Shown in pieces: positions 21,680-31,288 of a stretch of 64,000 bases of DNA. Position 1 is the first letter of the stretch. Every line of letters begins with the position of its first letter. The notes under the pieces are model-generated. The model had not been told where the DNA came from, searched no databases, and was given only the letters and a program-made list of their open reading frames with translations. This DNA comes from an uncultured Azospirillum sp. (GTDB taxonomy: Bacteria; Pseudomonadota; Alphaproteobacteria; RF32; CAG-239). Location: assembly GCA_900539605.1 (NCBI GenBank), contig UQCS01000001.1, forward strand, positions 17,169 through 81,168, written 5' to 3'. A program made the translations under genes and the position numbers.

Positions 21680-22015
21680 TTATGCCAACGCCTGCAGGTT
21701 TTTAACCACACGGACCGGAACTTTGTATTCGCGGGCCACATCGTCATTTTCAATTTCGACCATCAACACTTCGTTAACCGATTTCAGCGGCATCCGTGCT
21801 TCGGCAGCAATAGAATTCAGCATGAAAGCGCTTTCGCGGCTGCGATATAACAGGGCCTGTTCGCCGCCGTCATAGACCAGACGCGGATTTTCCGGGCCTC
21901 CCTCGCGGTATTCGATAATGATCAGTATCTCTCCGGCAGCATTCTGCAGCATATCATAACGTCCGGCCTGCTGTGAATTCTTACTATCTGACATATCCCA
22001 AATCCTTAAAAACAA
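21680..22015 (-). CDS. Hypothetical protein (111 aa)
   Basis: Host-like GC; no recognisable motif; lies where nuoK would be expected but is not NuoK-like. Confidence 0.45.
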   Translation of the reverse strand: MFLRIWDMSDSKNSQQAGRYDMLQNAAGEILIIIEYREGGPENPRLVYDGGEQALLYRSRESAFMLNSIAAEARMPLKSVNEVLMVEIENDDVAREYKVPVRVVKNLQALA

Positions 22016-22155
22016 AGTTTAATAATCAAATTTGAAATGGATGATAACATACAATTTTTAACAAATAAACTATTTTTTACAATTTTTAATTTTTTTGAAT
22101 TTTTTTTATTGACTAACTGTTTTTTATCTATTATACCTTGCTTCGTTATTGATGA

Positions 22156-22231
22156 GGGCCCGTAGCTCAGTCGGTAGAGCATTTGACTTTTAATCAAAGG
22201 GTCATGGGTTCGAATCCCGTCGGGCTCACCA
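22156..22231 (+). tRNA. tRNA-Lys (anticodon UUU), CCA encoded
   Basis: Cloverleaf checked by hand: acceptor GGGCCCG/CGGGCTC, D-arm agctcagtcggtagagc, anticodon stem tttga/tcaaa with loop cTTTTaa, T-loop TTCGAAT, discriminator A, then CCA. Confidence 0.9.
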
Positions 22232-22240
22232 ATTAGTACT

Positions 22241-22277
22241 CGGGTTAGATTTTCAGGTCTAACCCGTTGTTTTTTAT
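22241..22277 (+). terminator. Rho-independent terminator of tRNA-Lys
   Basis: cgggttaga...tctaacccg hairpin followed by ttgttttttat. Confidence 0.65.
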
Positions 22278-22284
22278 CTGAAAA

Positions 22285-22971
22285 TTGGAGTTCTAATAAA
22301 TCCATATTATCATTTCCGGCTGTTTGGTTAGAAAGTTTTGCATATCCTTTAATTTCCAATGGTTTCACGAGTTCTAACAGGTTCTGATTGGTTCTCTTAA
22401 CATTTTTCTCTTCAAACAACTCAAATGGGAAGTTTAGTTCATAGGTTAGCTTACCTTCAGTGAGCCATAAGTTCTTGAAAACAAACTTTAATAAGAACCT
22501 TTTAAGTTCTATATTTTGAGAACGGGAGAACAAATATCCAGATTCTGTTGCAATGTCTAAAAGTTCTAAAAGAGTATTATTGAAGCTTTCATCTGCTTTT
22601 TCGTGAGCAAGAATCTTATCTTTTACTCTGTTTACCTTTAACTGAAGCTCGTTTCGTTTGGCATCAAATGTTTCTCTGTCAAGTTCGCCATCAAGCCTTA
22701 AATCAAACAAGTGGTCAAGTTTGTCCTTTAAGTTTTTTTGTTCTTTTTTTAGTTTTACAACAGCATCTTTGCAGTATTTTCGTTCATTGGCTTTGGCTTT
22801 TTTAAGTTCTTCTTTTAATTCTGCCACAATATTATCCGGCAAATGAATGCGGTTGAGGATAGATGCCAAGTCATTTAAGATGTTTTGTTCAGACACATAT
22901 TGTCTTGAACCATCGGCATGATAGCAAAAAATATAGATATATCTGTTTTTCTTAATTTCACAGATGCACAT
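22285..22971 (-). pseudogene. Large serine recombinase, C-terminal (zinc-ribbon plus coiled-coil) fragment lacking the catalytic domain
   Basis: Begins in the Cys cluster (RCG...MCICEI...YIFCYH) with an in-frame stop 6 codons upstream. Coiled-coil LFDLRLDGELDRETFDAKRNEL resembles the LSR motif L.DLY.DG.I....F. The track ORF continues antisense through the terminator and tRNA (GEPDGIRTHDP), which is not coding. Confidence 0.45.
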
Positions 22972-23111
22972 TTGATTGGTGAGACCACAACGAATTTATA
23001 CCGCCTGTATTTGGAGTAAAGAATGGCTGCGATTCTTAATATTAATAAACCTTGACTTTTATAAAATTCCGACTAATCTAAAATAATACCTTGTATTAGT
23101 CGGAGTTTGTT

Positions 23112-24332
23112 ATGTATATTAAAAGAACTATAGAAAAAAGCATTGAGAAAGCCAACAAGTTTTTTTCGGTAGTGTTAGTTACCGGACCGCGTCAGGTCGG
23201 TAAGACAACGGTTTTGCAAAACTGCAAAACCCAGCCTCGGACTTATGTGTCACTAGATACTCTGGAGAACAGAGAACTGGCGAAAAATGATCCGATGTTA
23301 TTTCTGCAGCGTTATCCTGCGCCGGTGCTGATTGACGAGATCCAGTATGCTCCGGAATTGTTTCCTTACATTAAGGCCAGCGTAGATAAAGAAAAAAAGA
23401 GCGGTATGTATTGGCTGACCGGTTCGCAACAGTTTCATCTGATGAAAAACGTCTCAGAAAGTTTAGCCGGACGGGTTGGTATTTTGCAATTGGAAGGTTT
23501 GTCTCAGGACGAAAAAAATGGGCATCCTGATGTTCCTCCCTTTCTGCCGACGGAAGAATACATCAAAACAAAAGTACAGAGTGCGACTGAAACAGATTTG
23601 TTAAAAATTTACGAACTGATTTGGAAAGGTTCATATCCGAAGCTTTATCCGGCAGACAGCGATTATTGGGCAGTCTTTTACGAATCTTATATGCAAACCT
23701 ATATTGAACGCGATATTAAAGCGCTAAGCGCGGTGGGCAATGAGCTTGATTTTGTGAAATTTATGCGAGCGCTGGCGGCCAGAACCGGAGAGATGCTGAA
23801 TTACAGTGAACTGGCAAACGACGTCGGCGTTTCACAACCGACAATAAAGTCCTGGCTTTCCATTTTGCAAACTTCTGGGCTTGTTTATATTCTGCGTCCA
23901 TATTATAACAATGTCGGCAATCGTTTCATCAAAACGCCGAAAGTCTATTTTATGGATACAGGACTTGCCTGTTACCTGACCGGCTGGAAAACGCCGGAAG
24001 TTCTGGAAAGCGGCGCAATGGGCGGCAATATGTTTGAGACCTATGTCGTTTCTGAAATCATCAAAAGCTATTGGCATAACGGCAAGCAACCGGATATCTA
24101 CTATTATCGCGACAAAGACAAACGAGAAATTGACGTGCTGCTCCATGAAAACGGCACGCTGTATCCGGTGGAGATTAAGAAAAAAAGCAACCCGGACAAG
24201 GGAGACATTAAGGCTTTTAATGTTATCGAAGACCTCCGGCAAAAAAGAGGAAGCGGTGCCGTTGTCTGTATGGCACCGACACATCTGCCGCTGACCGATG
24301 ACGTCAATATCATTCCGGTTGGGTATTTATAA
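23112..24332 (+). CDS. AAA ATPase with DUF4143 C-terminal domain (COG1373-like)
   Basis: Walker A VVLVTGPRQVGKTT near the N-terminus; 406 aa architecture typical of the family. Confidence 0.8.
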   Translation: MYIKRTIEKSIEKANKFFSVVLVTGPRQVGKTTVLQNCKTQPRTYVSLDTLENRELAKNDPMLFLQRYPAPVLIDEIQYAPELFPYIKASVDKEKKSGMYWLTGSQQFHLMKNVSESLAGRVGILQLEGLSQDEKNGHPDVPPFLPTEEYIKTKVQSATETDLLKIYELIWKGSYPKLYPADSDYWAVFYESYMQTYIERDIKALSAVGNELDFVKFMRALAARTGEMLNYSELANDVGVSQPTIKSWLSILQTSGLVYILRPYYNNVGNRFIKTPKVYFMDTGLACYLTGWKTPEVLESGAMGGNMFETYVVSEIIKSYWHNGKQPDIYYYRDKDKREIDVLLHENGTLYPVEIKKKSNPDKGDIKAFNVIEDLRQKRGSGAVVCMAPTHLPLTDDVNIIPVGYL

Positions 24333-24348
24333 TCCGCCAGCATAAAAA

Positions 24349-24420
24349 TTTTTGATTAAAACACGCAAAAACTTTGAATTTTTATAAGGTTTTTGATTGA
24401 AATGCACAAAAACTTTTCGA
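24349..24420. repeat. Two about 30-bp direct repeats (TTTTTGATTAAAACACGCAAAAACTTTGAA / TTTTTGATTGAAATGCACAAAAACTTTTCGA)
   Basis: Read directly in the AT-rich intergenic region upstream of the hyp-HhH-primase operon. Confidence 0.5.
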
Positions 24421-24601
24421 CTAATTTTAAATAAGGCCTTAGATTAATCGAATTTGCTTATATAAGCCGTCAATATTTATTAAAAAATAATATATAACAG
24501 CAATAAGTTAAGAAATCTGCAGTGGGGCATCAGCTTTACTACTCCCTACATCGTGGAAAATGGCAGAAACGTTAAGAATGGCATTGTAACTTCTAACAAT
24601 T

Positions 24602-25096
24602 ATGGAGCTTATGATGCAACCGACAAACATTATTTATGAAATAGCCTCAAAGCCGATCGGCGAACTGGCTGAACTCCCCGCAGCAGAGCTGGCAGAGATG
24701 CAAAAGGAAGTGGAAACACTGATCGCGCTGGCGGATAATGTACGCAAGTGGCTGAATGGCGCGTTAATGCTAAAATACAACACCCAGATTAATGAGGAGC
24801 GCACAAAAACTAACCGCCCCTATGGTGAAATCAGCTTCTCCGACAACGAATACATTGTAACGGAAGACCGGCCATTGGTACTGGAATGGCAGAAAGACAA
24901 ACTCAAAGAATATGCCAAACACATTGCGGCCAACGGCGGCAACCCGGAAGACTACATGGATATCGACTATACGATTTCAGAGAAAAAGTATTGTTCGCTC
25001 AGCGATGAAGCCCGCAAGAGCCTGAATACAGCCGGAAACATCCGCCCCGGATGTACGGTCATTACTCTGGTCAAAAGGGAAACTGTCAATGACTGA
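24602..25096 (+). CDS. Hypothetical protein (164 aa), first gene of primase operon
   Basis: ORF with stop overlapping the next start (ATGACTGA); no motif recognised. Confidence 0.5.
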   Translation: MELMMQPTNIIYEIASKPIGELAELPAAELAEMQKEVETLIALADNVRKWLNGALMLKYNTQINEERTKTNRPYGEISFSDNEYIVTEDRPLVLEWQKDKLKEYAKHIAANGGNPEDYMDIDYTISEKKYCSLSDEARKSLNTAGNIRPGCTVITLVKRETVND

Positions 25097-25310
25097 TACC
25101 GAAAACCTGCATGAACGGCCGTTGTCCTCTTTTGCCGAATTAGGCAAAGTTGCTGTTAATCGGTTGGCGGAAAACAAAATTATTACCGTTGCGGATTTAC
25201 TAAAACGCTTAAAACGAGATTTGCTCTATATTCCCGGTTTTGGGCCGAAAAGCATTGATCAGGTTCTGAAACTGCTAAAGAAATATAACCTCAAAATCCG
25301 CGAACGCTAA
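25089..25310 (+). CDS. Small helix-hairpin-helix-like DNA-binding protein (73 aa)
   Basis: LLKRLKRDLLYIPGFGPKSIDQVL resembles an HhH / RNAP-alpha-CTD-like motif; translationally coupled upstream. Confidence 0.45.
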   Translation: MTDTENLHERPLSSFAELGKVAVNRLAENKIITVADLLKRLKRDLLYIPGFGPKSIDQVLKLLKKYNLKIRER

Positions 25311-25333
25311 AGTTTATCGAGGGGGATAAGCCG

Positions 25334-27343
25334 ATGCAATTTTATTATGACAGCGGGCTCTTGAAAAAAAGAGTCCTGCGGGATTTGGAAATCTGGCTGC
25401 CGCAATGGTATCCGAAAGGACGCGGCAGCAAAGGATATTTTGAAATCGGAGATATTGGCGGCACACCCGGCGACAGCTTGAAAATCTGCCTTGCCGGTGC
25501 GAAACGCGGCTTGTGGTATGATTTTGCCACGGCCGAGGGCGGCGACGTTTTCTCTTTATGGGGAATTAACCGTGGTATCTCCGGTTTTGGCAATATTCTC
25601 AAGGACATTGCCGGATATTACGGCATTAACGGCTGTGAAGTCCCCGGAACTAAGGAAAAACGCGGCAGCCCGAACCGGCGGCATGTTTACCTTAACGCCG
25701 ATGGCGATATAAGCTGTTATATCTATCGCTATGAATATACAGACGGCCGCAAAGAGTTTCTGCCGTGGAACGAGGCAACCGGCAAGACCGAATTTCCGTC
25801 ACCGCGGCCGCTTTACCGCCTGCCGCAGCTTATGAAGACCGACAAAATTATTCTGGTTGAGGGCGAAAAATGCGCCGATGTGCTGGTGGCAGCCGGATTT
25901 TCAGCAACGACGCTGATGGGCGGCGCCAATACCCGGATTGAGAAAACCGACATTTCGCCGCTCAAAGGCAAAGAAGTTACTCTTTGGCCGGACAACGACG
26001 TACCGGGACGGAAAGATGCCGACAATGTGGCGGAAGCTTTGCTGAAGCTGCCTGTCTCCTCGCTCAAAATTACCCCGCCGACGCCGGATAAGCCTGCCAA
26101 ATGGGATGTGGCGGATGCGGTGGCGGAGAAATTTGACATTGCCGGATTTCTGGCCAAAGCGGAAATTTATAAACCGCAGGAAAAGACAGAAGCAAACGGA
26201 CGCTTGAAAATCGCCGATTTTACCGGCGCAATGTTCGCCGCTGAGCCACCAGAACTGCAATTTGTGGTCAAAAACACAATTCCGCGCGGCGTGGTCGGGT
26301 TGCTTTCAGCAATGGGAGACACCGGCAAGGGTATGCTGTTATTGGATTTGGCGCTCAAAATCTGTCAGGACAAGACCGGAATGAGCCTGAAGGCCTTTGG
26401 CAACACGGTTACAACAACCGGCAGCGCGGTCATCTTTGCCGGAGAGGACACTGCCGACGAAATTCACCGCCGTATCTACAAATTGATGCCGGGTGGACTG
26501 AACGGACGGATTGACCCGGCGAAACTCCATATTATCCCGCTGCCGAATACCGGCGGGCCGTTTGCAATTGCCCGAAAATGCCGTGGCAGCGACGAATTCT
26601 GCCTGACCGAAGAATTTGAAAGCATCAAAATGCAGCTTAAAGCCATTCCGGACTTGGCGCTGGTGGTGTTTGATCCGCTGGCCTCGTTTGCCGGATTGGA
26701 TCTGAATGCTGATCCGCGGGCGGCAAGCTATATTACCGGCCAGTTGGCCGCGCTGGCGACCGCAACCAATGCCGCTGTTATTGTTGCCCACCATATTCGC
26801 AAAAACGATGGAATCACGACACCACAGGAAGCACGCGATGCTATTCGCGGCACAACCGCAATCGTGGACGGAGTACGGTTTGCGATTGCTTTTTGGGCAA
26901 ATACCGCTGAAGAAAAGAAGATTTTCGCCGAACTGGATCAGGAATATCGCCCGAATGACTGTTTCAAAGGCGCGGTAGTCAAAGCGAACTTCGGAGCCGA
27001 TCGGACGGTACGCAACTACATACGCAGCAGAGCCAGAGCCGTGTTGGAAGAAGTGCCGGTCAAGATTATGCCGAAAACCCTGTCGGCGGAAGAATTTGAC
27101 AAGCTGCTGATTGAAGCCATCGGCGAAGCGGAGAATGCCGGAACGCCGTTTGCGATTTCGGGCATTTCCGGACTTTATGAAAATCGTGAGAAATTGCCGC
27201 TTGAACTGCAGGATGCCTCCCGTGACTTTATCCGCAATACGGCCAAACGGCTGTTGGCTTCCGGACAGATTTGCCGCACCAGCCAGACTGGCAATGGCGA
27301 TAAAAAATGGCTCGGTATTCCCGATGCCGGGAGGTGCGCATGA
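25334..27343 (+). CDS. Bifunctional primase-helicase (Toprim domain + RepA/AAA_25-like RecA-fold ATPase), P4-alpha-like
   Basis: Toprim: ILVEGEKCADVLVAAG and LWPDNDVPGRKDADN. ATPase: GLLSAMGDTGKGMLLLDLA plus LVVFDPLASF (Walker B-like). RBS gaggggga before the ATG. Confidence 0.75.
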   Translation: MQFYYDSGLLKKRVLRDLEIWLPQWYPKGRGSKGYFEIGDIGGTPGDSLKICLAGAKRGLWYDFATAEGGDVFSLWGINRGISGFGNILKDIAGYYGINGCEVPGTKEKRGSPNRRHVYLNADGDISCYIYRYEYTDGRKEFLPWNEATGKTEFPSPRPLYRLPQLMKTDKIILVEGEKCADVLVAAGFSATTLMGGANTRIEKTDISPLKGKEVTLWPDNDVPGRKDADNVAEALLKLPVSSLKITPPTPDKPAKWDVADAVAEKFDIAGFLAKAEIYKPQEKTEANGRLKIADFTGAMFAAEPPELQFVVKNTIPRGVVGLLSAMGDTGKGMLLLDLALKICQDKTGMSLKAFGNTVTTTGSAVIFAGEDTADEIHRRIYKLMPGGLNGRIDPAKLHIIPLPNTGGPFAIARKCRGSDEFCLTEEFESIKMQLKAIPDLALVVFDPLASFAGLDLNADPRAASYITGQLAALATATNAAVIVAHHIRKNDGITTPQEARDAIRGTTAIVDGVRFAIAFWANTAEEKKIFAELDQEYRPNDCFKGAVVKANFGADRTVRNYIRSRARAVLEEVPVKIMPKTLSAEEFDKLLIEAIGEAENAGTPFAISGISGLYENREKLPLELQDASRDFIRNTAKRLLASGQICRTSQTGNGDKKWLGIPDAGRCA

Positions 27344-27565
27344 CGGCGCCGTTACCATACTTTCCTAAATGTAAAAAGCCGGAATACGCCGTCAGGAATC
27401 CGCAATGCCGAAAAACTGCGGGTTATAGCGGAATGACTGCTAAGACACAGGTGGGCTTCCGTCATGAGCGTGACGGATTCCGGTGTTTAGAAATTGGTTC
27501 GGGAATCGCTTTTAACTTATTGAAAAACAATCATTACCATTTGGCGAAATTCACAACAGCGTGGT

Positions 27566-27597
27566 CGGTATATATATTTTTTAAAATATATATACCG
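27566..27597. promoter_or_regulatory. 32-bp perfect palindrome CGGTATATATATTTT-TT-AAAATATATATACCG
   Basis: 15-bp arms with a 2-bp spacer, verified base by base; lies between the primase operon and the next gene. Confidence 0.6.
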
Positions 27598-27650
27598 GCT
27601 GCCGTGACCATCGTCAGGAATGGAAAACAGGAACAACAAAGGAAATCACC

Positions 27651-28088
27651 ATGGCAGAATTAATTTGGACACGGGAGATGGTCAAAGACTGGTTTGAGAG
27701 CGCCGTCTATACCCTCAAGAAAATGCCGAGAGAAAAGGTTCAAGGTTATAAAACCTATTGGCCCGGCATCCGGTATACCGAGATGGAATTGTTACAGATG
27801 GATAGGAAACCCATTCGTCTGGTAGCCAACAGTCTGGATATTGCCCGTTTGGACGCAGTGCTGGAATGGATCTATCTGGTGGATAATGTAGACCAGCGGT
27901 GGATTATCTGGCAGCGGGCCAAACGTTATCCCTGGCGGCTGATCTGCAAAAGATACGGCAAAACCAGTCGAACGCTGATTGACTGGCACAATGCCGGGAT
28001 TGATGTCATCGTCAAGGTACTGAATAATCCGAAAAGTGATTTCTTTGCCAAGAACCGCGTTCTTTTAAGCAAATATTTGTCTTATTAA
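27651..28088 (+). CDS. Hypothetical protein with HTH-like segment (145 aa)
   Basis: Segment ICKRYGKTSRTLIDWHNAGIDVIV looks like an HTH; otherwise unrecognised. Confidence 0.45.
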   Translation: MAELIWTREMVKDWFESAVYTLKKMPREKVQGYKTYWPGIRYTEMELLQMDRKPIRLVANSLDIARLDAVLEWIYLVDNVDQRWIIWQRAKRYPWRLICKRYGKTSRTLIDWHNAGIDVIVKVLNNPKSDFFAKNRVLLSKYLSY

Positions 28089-28093
28089 CTATA

Positions 28094-28157
28094 TGTACAT
28101 ATTATCCTTGACATTGTACAAAATGTACATTATAATGTACACAGAGTACATTATAAT
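28094..28157 (+). promoter_or_regulatory. Consensus sigma70 promoter (TTGACA-17-TATAAT) overlapped by four TGTACA palindromic hexamers
   Basis: TTGACA 28108-28113, TATAAT 28131-28136; TGTACA at 28094, 28115, 28124, 28137; second TATAAT at 28152; RBS aaagg; ATG at 28171. Confidence 0.55.
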
Positions 28158-28170
28158 AAAGGAAAAATAA

Positions 28171-29193
28171 ATGGAAAGAATCACATTTTGGAATAATAAA
28201 GGTGGAACAGGAAAAACCAGCTTAGCTTTTCAAACAATTTGCCAATACGCACATGAAAATCCATCTGAAAAAATTTTGGTTATTGATGTTTGTCCTCAAG
28301 CAAATCTTTCAGAATTACTCCTTGGAGGATTACACCAAGGTGGAAGTAATATTTTATTACAAAGACAAGGGGCAACTCCTCGTGCAACCATTGGCGGCTA
28401 TTTTCAGCTTCGTCTTCCTTCTCCATATACGCCACCTTCATTTACAGCTCAAGACTTTTTAACTCAACCATATAAATACAATAAAAATATACCAGAAAAT
28501 ATAGACTTATTGTGTGGTGATCCAATGTTGGAATTGCAATCAAATGCTATTTCTACATTAGCTAATAACCAAATCCCCGGAACAAATACATGGATTGCAA
28601 TTATCGATTGGATTAATGATTTTTTAAAAAAAATTGAAAATGAATATGACATTGTATATTTCGACCTAAATCCTAGCTTTTCAATCTATACCCAAATTGC
28701 TTTGGCTGCTACATCTAAATTGCTCCTTCCTGTGATGGCGGATGATTCATCAAGACGTGCAATTCAGAATGCATTTTCTTTAATTTATGGGCTAAAGTTA
28801 CCATCCGAAATATACACAAAATATGCTTTTGCCCAAAAACTTAAAGATGAGGGGCGACAATTGCCTAAAGTACATATGATTTTGAAAAATCGACTAACCC
28901 AATACATGGGGCCAGCATCCGCTTTTACAACAGTTCTAAGTGCTATAGAGCAAGATATTACTGATCTTCTAAAGGTTCATCCTCAGTTGTTTACTTTTTC
29001 ATCTATTAAACAAGGAATTGTTGAAATTCGTGATTTTGGAACAACTGGCGTAGTATCTGCGGCTAGAGGATGCCCCTTCTATACGCTTCCCTATGGAAGA
29101 TTAGATTTGCTTGGACAACGGGTTCAAGTCAAAGAAGATTATAGAATAGACTGCGAGCATAATATTCGAGAAATAACTTCAAAAATTTTTTAA
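28171..29193 (+). CDS. ParA/MinD-like ATPase (340 aa) with C-terminal extension, orphan (no parB)
   Basis: Deviant Walker A NNKGGTGKTS at residues 8-17; Walker A' VIDVCPQAN; Walker B IVYFDLNPS. Region about 35% GC. Confidence 0.7.
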   Translation: MERITFWNNKGGTGKTSLAFQTICQYAHENPSEKILVIDVCPQANLSELLLGGLHQGGSNILLQRQGATPRATIGGYFQLRLPSPYTPPSFTAQDFLTQPYKYNKNIPENIDLLCGDPMLELQSNAISTLANNQIPGTNTWIAIIDWINDFLKKIENEYDIVYFDLNPSFSIYTQIALAATSKLLLPVMADDSSRRAIQNAFSLIYGLKLPSEIYTKYAFAQKLKDEGRQLPKVHMILKNRLTQYMGPASAFTTVLSAIEQDITDLLKVHPQLFTFSSIKQGIVEIRDFGTTGVVSAARGCPFYTLPYGRLDLLGQRVQVKEDYRIDCEHNIREITSKIF

Positions 29194-29469
29194 CAATTAA
29201 TCAGCCTAAAAATTTATTTTGGGCTGATTTTTTTATAAAAATCTGCCTTTTCAAGTGAAGTGTACTTCAAAGCCTTATTCTACAAGGGATTACGGCGGAA
29301 CGGACAGGCGGAAATTTTTCAGATGGAAGGCTGCAAAGGCCCGGATTTCCTTGAATCGTACTTCACATATTCTTTTACTTCACATTTTCGCAAAAATGGT
29401 TTATCAAACCAGGTATAATTGGGGCGTTGTATAGATACCGCTCCGGCGAAAAAGGAAAATCCCCCTCAT

Positions 29470-30027
29470 ATGATCATCACGGAACTCCAAATAAATGACG
29501 CTGCGGAACGGCAGCTGCATCTGATTGCTTCGCGGCAAATTCCCTTTGCCGTGGCGGCTTCTCTGACGGCAGTGGCAAAGATTGCCCAAGCCGAAGTGCG
29601 TGATCATATCAACGAAACCTTTACCATTCGCCGGAAAAGTGGTGGGTTTGCCAGCAGCATTGCCGTTAAACCGGCAACAAAGCAAAGCCAGACCGCAGAA
29701 GTTTATACAATGGCCCGACTTGCAGCTTTACAGCAGATCGGTGGGTTGCGGCAGCCACAGGGAAGCAACTTGGCAATCCCTTCCTATCAGAATTTGAGCG
29801 AAGTTAAGGTGCGGCGGTCAGTACGCAGTATTGCCGATGCCTTTGAAATGAAACTCCAAGATGGTCAGACGGCTTTAGTTCGGCGCAAAGGAAAAGGCTT
29901 GCGGTTTCTTTTTTTCCTCAGAAAACAGGCCGATGTGCCGAAACGCTTCAAAATGATTGAAATTGTTTTGGAAACAGCCAAACGGGAGTTTGGGCGGACA
30001 TTGGAAGCCAAAATGCGTGAACTATAA
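29470..30027 (+). CDS. Hypothetical protein (phage-like), alternative start 29419
   Basis: RBS aaagga before ATG 29470; no confident family. Confidence 0.4.
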   Translation: MIITELQINDAAERQLHLIASRQIPFAVAASLTAVAKIAQAEVRDHINETFTIRRKSGGFASSIAVKPATKQSQTAEVYTMARLAALQQIGGLRQPQGSNLAIPSYQNLSEVKVRRSVRSIADAFEMKLQDGQTALVRRKGKGLRFLFFLRKQADVPKRFKMIEIVLETAKREFGRTLEAKMREL

Positions 30028-30690
30028 GAACTCTTTCAGATCCGGATGCTGACGGACTTTTTCCTGAATTTGACGGAGCGATTGGGGATTAAGCCTGCGC
30101 ATAACAGTTTTGCGGTGGCTATGATTGTAAACGTTTCCGGTTCGGATATCTAAAACCTGATTGCCGTGATGTCCATGCAGGCGAAACGGCCACGAATCAT
30201 CTTCAGCGCTCAAGTGAAAACGCCAACGATAGGTATCAATCGTTGCTGTCCCCTCATAAAGGTCAGCATCTTCCGGATTGGGATCTTCAACGGACAAAAT
30301 AAAGAAAAATTCATAAATACGGCATAGAGAATCGAAAAAAGAATCTACCGCAGCAACATTATTGAACTCTCCGCTCAGACAGAGGGCATAATCGCAGGTG
30401 CGGATTTGGACATTAACTTCAAGAAAAGCTACTTGCAATGCGGAATGGTATTTTTTATCAATCGAAATGTTTATTTGCGTTTGATACTTTTTCCGCTCTG
30501 GGCAAAAATGAAGCCTTCCACATAATCTGCCGTTGAAAAACAGGTATTCGTTGATGACTTTTATGAGCGCATTGTCGCCATAGGTTTTGATTTTATGGTA
30601 TTTGGCAGAATTATTTGACATCGCTGTCCAAGCTAAAAAACAGGGTATCTTCCTGTGATATCTTGATATTTTGTGTCTGGGTATTGACAA
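30022..30690 (-). CDS. Hypothetical protein (222 aa)
   Basis: ORF only; convergent with the previous gene; no motif recognised. Confidence 0.4.
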   Translation of the reverse strand: MSIPRHKISRYHRKIPCFLAWTAMSNNSAKYHKIKTYGDNALIKVINEYLFFNGRLCGRLHFCPERKKYQTQINISIDKKYHSALQVAFLEVNVQIRTCDYALCLSGEFNNVAAVDSFFDSLCRIYEFFFILSVEDPNPEDADLYEGTATIDTYRWRFHLSAEDDSWPFRLHGHHGNQVLDIRTGNVYNHSHRKTVMRRLNPQSLRQIQEKVRQHPDLKEFL

Positions 30691-31117
30691 TGATCGGCTG
30701 CGACGGATCTATATCCAAAGTCGTGCCATTTGACCTGTTAGGCTGTACCGATTTGAAATCTATTGAAAGAATTGGCGTGCTGCGGCCATCTGCATCTGAA
30801 ATATAGGCGTTGCGCCCGATAAACCTAATTGAATACTGCTTCATTCGTGCCTCCGTCGCGTATTAAAAAATAAAAATCGGGAATGGGCAAGAAAAACCGG
30901 ACGGTTACTAACTTTAATATCGTTCAATAAAGCATGTTTCAGATATTGTCAGGAAGTAAGGCCGTCCCAAAGTGTTGTTTGGCTGTTCATTTAGATTTGA
31001 GCCGAGAGCCGAAAAAACACATTTTTTAATTTATTTCGTTGAAAAAGGTACTGTTGGAAGATTTTTCGACGCGGGTAACGCGAACCCCGCCGCGTCGCTA
31101 CCGACAGACTAAAAAAA

Positions 31118-31288
31118 GGGTTCGCACCAAGTTCGCACCGAATTTGCACTAAATCCATATATTACAAGGTTTTGCGCGAATATTATTATAAAAAAGACAG
31201 GTTCGCACCTAATTCCGCTCAATCCCTTGTTTTGCATGCGATACAACGGAATTTAACCTATAACAACACAGGTTCGCAGTTGCGAACC
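31118..31288. repeat. Iteron-like repeats GGTTCGCAC(C) x4, last copy palindromic (GGTTCGCAgtTGCGAACC)
   Basis: Copies at 31118, 31131, 31199 and 31271-31288, immediately upstream of the C5-MTase start. Confidence 0.6.

Noticed and set aside
22006-22971. 321-aa minus-strand ORF spanning the tRNA-Lys gene
   Set aside because: Its C-terminal 90 aa are the antisense translation of the tRNA and its terminator (GEPDGIRTHDP...). Only the distal part (22285-22971) is a recombinase fragment.
26339-27358. 339-aa minus ORF
   Set aside because: Antisense of the primase-helicase gene. It is G/R/F-rich with no motifs.
27307-27663. 118-aa + ORF between primase and the next gene
   Set aside because: It overlaps the primase 3' end and contains the 32-bp palindrome. 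The region is more likely regulatory or non-coding.
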